64,000 bases of DNA from an uncultured delta proteobacterium (GTDB lineage Bacteria > Myxococcota_A > Polyangia > Palsa-1104), in NCBI GenBank assembly GCA_963785725.1, contig CAWAWS010000005.1:96001-160000 (forward strand). The letters are read 5' to 3'. Shown here one piece after another: positions 61,502 to 64,000 of the stretch. The translations under genes and the position numbers were made by a program. The notes below the pieces were generated by a model that saw only the letters and a list, made by a program, of their open reading frames with translations, searched no databases and had not been told where the DNA came from. The stretch's first letter is position 1; each line of letters opens with the position of its first letter.

Positions 61502-63289
61502 TTACAAGTCGAGGACGAGGTCGCGCGTCGGTCGTGAGCAGCACACGAGGAGGTTGCCGTCGGCGGGTCTGTCGAGCGGCTCCGGTCCGTAGACGACCGC
61601 GCCGGAAATGAGCCCGCTCTCGCAGCTGTGGCACACGCCGGCCCGGCACGCCCAGCGGACCGGGACATCGCAGGCCTCGGCCAGCTCCAAGAGGCTCTGA
61701 TAGGCCGACGGCTTCCAATGCGCCGCGATGCCGCTGCGCGCGAACGACACCAGCGGACCGGTCTCGGCGTCGTCTTTGGGCAGATGCGGCGCTCGCGTCG
61801 CCGCGCCGACGACGCCCGGGGTCAGCGACTCCGAGCCGACGAAGATCTCGAGATGGATCCGCTCCGACGCGACGCCCAAGGCGGCCAGATCCTCTTTCAT
61901 GCCGGCCATGAAGCGCGTCGGCCCGCACAGGTAGACCTCGGCGTCGCGGGGCACGCCGACGGTCTCGAGGAGCGATCGCGACAGGTGGCCGGCCGCGTCG
62001 AAGTCGTCGCCGAGCGTGTCGCGCGCGCCCGGCCGCGAGTAGCAGACGAAGCTGCGGCCGTGCGGCAGCGCCTGCATGAGGCCGCGGGCCTCGACGGCGA
62101 ACGGATGATGCCGGCGGTCGCGCGCGCCGTGAAGCCACCACACCGGTCGCGTCGAGCGGGCCGCGGCCAGCGCGTGCAGCATGGCCAGCACCGGCGTCAC
62201 GCCGATGCCGGCGCTGAGGAGCACGACCGGCCGCTCGCCCGACTGCAGGACGAAGCTGCCGCGCGGCGCGCTGACGTCGAGCACATCGCCGACCCGGACC
62301 CGATCGCGCAGGAAGCCTCCGGCGGCGCCGTTGGGCTCGAGCTTGACGCTGATGCGATAGCGCTCCGTCGAGACCGGACCCGACAGTGAATAGCTGCGAA
62401 AGAGCGGCTTGCCGGCGACCGTCGGCTGCAGGCGCAAGACGACGAACTGCCCGGGAAGCGCCGTCGGCAGCGGCCGGCCGTCCGCGCGCTGCAGCGTCAG
62501 CGACAGCACGTCCGCGGACTCTTGGTCGATCGCCGTCACCGCCAGCGGCGCGAATCCCGGCGCCGGCGGATGCGCAGCCGCTGCCGGCACGAGCCCCGCG
62601 TTACCGCTCCCCGCGCTCGCCTGGCTCTGCAACAACGCGGCGAAGGACGCGCGCCAGCCGGGTGCGAGCGCCTCGATGCGCAACGCCTGCTCCAGGCGAT
62701 CGCGCGCGTGATGGGGCAGATAGAGCAGCGCATTGATCTCGGCGACGGTCATGCGCACCGTCGCCTCGCCGACCTTCACGATCTCGTCGCCGGCCCCGAC
62801 CTCGCCTTCGCGGAGGACGCGGAAGTAGAAGCCGGGGCGTCCGCTCGAGGTCAAGCAGGGCCGGCATGCGCGGACTCGTTCATGCGGATGCCGACGCGGT
62901 AGCAGGTGACCCGCGGCTGCGGTGACCTCGAAGAGCGCGCTGCCGATCGCGAAGCGGTCGCCGATGCACACCGAATCGTCGGGCAGCCCCTCGATCGTGA
63001 AGTTCTCGCTGAACTGCCCATAGGCGAAGTCGGTCCGCTGCAGCCGCTCCTGCCAATAGCGGTACGATTCGATTTGGTAGACGAAGACGGCGCGCTGCTC
63101 GCCGCCGTGACCGGCCAGGTCGCCCTGACCGTCGCCGTCGAGGTGCAAGCGGCCGACGCGACAGCGGCCGGGCACCGGATCCTTCCAGATCCCGGTGTGC
63201 ACCGTGCGCCCATTCCACGGCAGGTCGCGCGGAAGCCCGACGTTCACCGATAGGAGTCGCGCGCTGTCGCCTGGCCTTTGCGCACCCAT
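61502..63289 (-). CDS. MOSC + FAD/NAD reductase + [2Fe-2S] fusion (YiiM/YcbX-like)
   Basis: GD.QGD...HGG, ENFT, RSYSL, GIGVTP, YLCGP, CRAGVCHSC...C. Compensating indels at about 62850-62925 scramble QPRVTCY. Confidence 0.9.
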   Translation of the reverse strand: MGAQRPGDSARLLSVNVGLPRDLPWNGRTVHTGIWKDPVPGRCRVGRLHLDGDGQGDLAGHGGEQRAVFVYQIESYRYWQERLQRTDFAYGQFSENFTIEGLPDDSVCIGDRFAIGSALFEVTAAAGHLLPRRHPHERVRACRPCLTSSGRPGFYFRVLREGEVGAGDEIVKVGEATVRMTVAEINALLYLPHHARDRLEQALRIEALAPGWRASFAALLQSQASAGSGNAGLVPAAAAHPPAPGFAPLAVTAIDQESADVLSLTLQRADGRPLPTALPGQFVVLRLQPTVAGKPLFRSYSLSGPVSTERYRISVKLEPNGAAGGFLRDRVRVGDVLDVSAPRGSFVLQSGERPVVLLSAGIGVTPVLAMLHALAAARSTRPVWWLHGARDRRHHPFAVEARGLMQALPHGRSFVCYSRPGARDTLGDDFDAAGHLSRSLLETVGVPRDAEVYLCGPTRFMAGMKEDLAALGVASERIHLEIFVGSESLTPGVVGAATRAPHLPKDDAETGPLVSFARSGIAAHWKPSAYQSLLELAEACDVPVRWACRAGVCHSCESGLISGAVVYGPEPLDRPADGNLLVCCSRPTRDLVLDL

Positions 63290-63296
63290 GTCGTCC

Positions 63297-64000
63297 TCAG
63301 GGCGCGTGCGCCGGCTCGGGCGCGTGCGCCGGGCGCAGCGCCGCGGCGTAGTCGCGGGCGAATTGCTCGAGCGTGCGCGGCGCGTGCCCGGTCACGCGCT
63401 GCACGTCGTCGGTCACCACGGCCAGCGCCGTATGGCCCGCACGCAGCGTCGAGAAGTAGTCAATCCAGTGCTCGGCGACCGCCGCTGACGCGCCGGCCTC
63501 ACGGACGATCGCGCGCAGCTCGCGCGGCGCCACCACGCGGAAGCCGATGCGCTCGCCGATGCCGAGCGACAGCCGCTCCGCCACCTCCGCGTAGGTGACG
63601 AGCCCCGGTCCGGTGACCGTATACACCTGCCCAATCTCGGCGCCGCCGGTGAGCGCGATGGCCTCGACCTCGGCGACGTCGTCGACGTCCACGAGACTGA
63701 CGCGCACCTGCGCGTCGACGAGCGGCACTAAAAAGGCGCCCATCTGCGCGATCGGTGGCGACCACTGCAAAAGGACCTGCATGAACTGCGTCGGACGCAC
63801 CACGATGTGCGGCAGCTTCGTCCGTTGCAGATACCGTTCGACGTTGCTATGCGCGCCCGGCATCCCGGTCGCCGTCGGATTTGCGCCGACCGCCGAGTGC
63901 TTCACCAGGAGCGACACGCCGGCGGCCCGCGCCGCGTCGATGAAGCCGATCTCGGCCTCGGTCTGCCGCGGCATCGCCGGCGTGAGCAGAAACGCCGTGT
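63297..64000 (-). CDS. NmrA/SDR-like NAD(P)-binding protein, C-terminal part
   Basis: IDAARAAGV, VRPTQFMQ, VDVDDVAEV, YTVTGP, PRTLEQFA. Confidence 0.85.
   Translation of the reverse strand, partial: TAFLLTPAMPRQTEAEIGFIDAARAAGVSLLVKHSAVGANPTATGMPGAHSNVERYLQRTKLPHIVVRPTQFMQVLLQWSPPIAQMGAFLVPLVDAQVRVSLVDVDDVAEVEAIALTGGAEIGQVYTVTGPGLVTYAEVAERLSLGIGERIGFRVVAPRELRAIVREAGASAAVAEHWIDYFSTLRAGHTALAVVTDDVQRVTGHAPRTLEQFARDYAAALRPAHAPEPAHAP

Overview
GC-rich bacterial window that looks like Myxococcota/Polyangia (inferred from a MYXO-CTERM tail, an FHA-sigma54 activator, a Pkn-type Ser/Thr kinase with a PEGA-like end, and many Cys-rich lipoproteins). I saw no rRNA, tRNA, CRISPR array or transposase. The main signal is an envelope redox locus (about 18-36 kb, with an outlying module at 3.4-4.9 kb). 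It has three DUF3570-like outer-membrane barrel / DUF4266 (C-terminal CGC) lipoprotein pairs, two paralogous lipoproteins with an atypical CX4CH heme-like motif, a CxxCH-Reeler-like MYXO-CTERM protein, two Tat-exported stand-alone Rieske proteins plus a decayed third, TlpA, a DsbD lacking its alpha domain, and an Lgt-family gene. No ApbE is visible. Five strong sigma54 -24/-12 promoters and a repeated 18-bp motif (TGCGCA-N3-WTCGDACAG, 7 sites) tie these units together, and an FHA-sigma54 activator and a kinase lie in the locus. Also present: an NzsH/I/J-like (carbazole-type) ThDP/KASIII/cyclase trio at the left edge, two TPR+lipoprotein modules, a 182-bp MITE-like element, a relic duplicate of the cytochrome/Rieske divergon at 43 kb, arsR-arsC-acr3, two two-component clusters, a MoxR/Bat operon, a ricin-lectin/lytic-transglycosylase-like lipoprotein, an OafA-like acyltransferase and a MOSC-reductase. 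Many single-base indels split otherwise intact genes and are probably assembly errors. Family names come from motifs recognised by eye; no database search was run.
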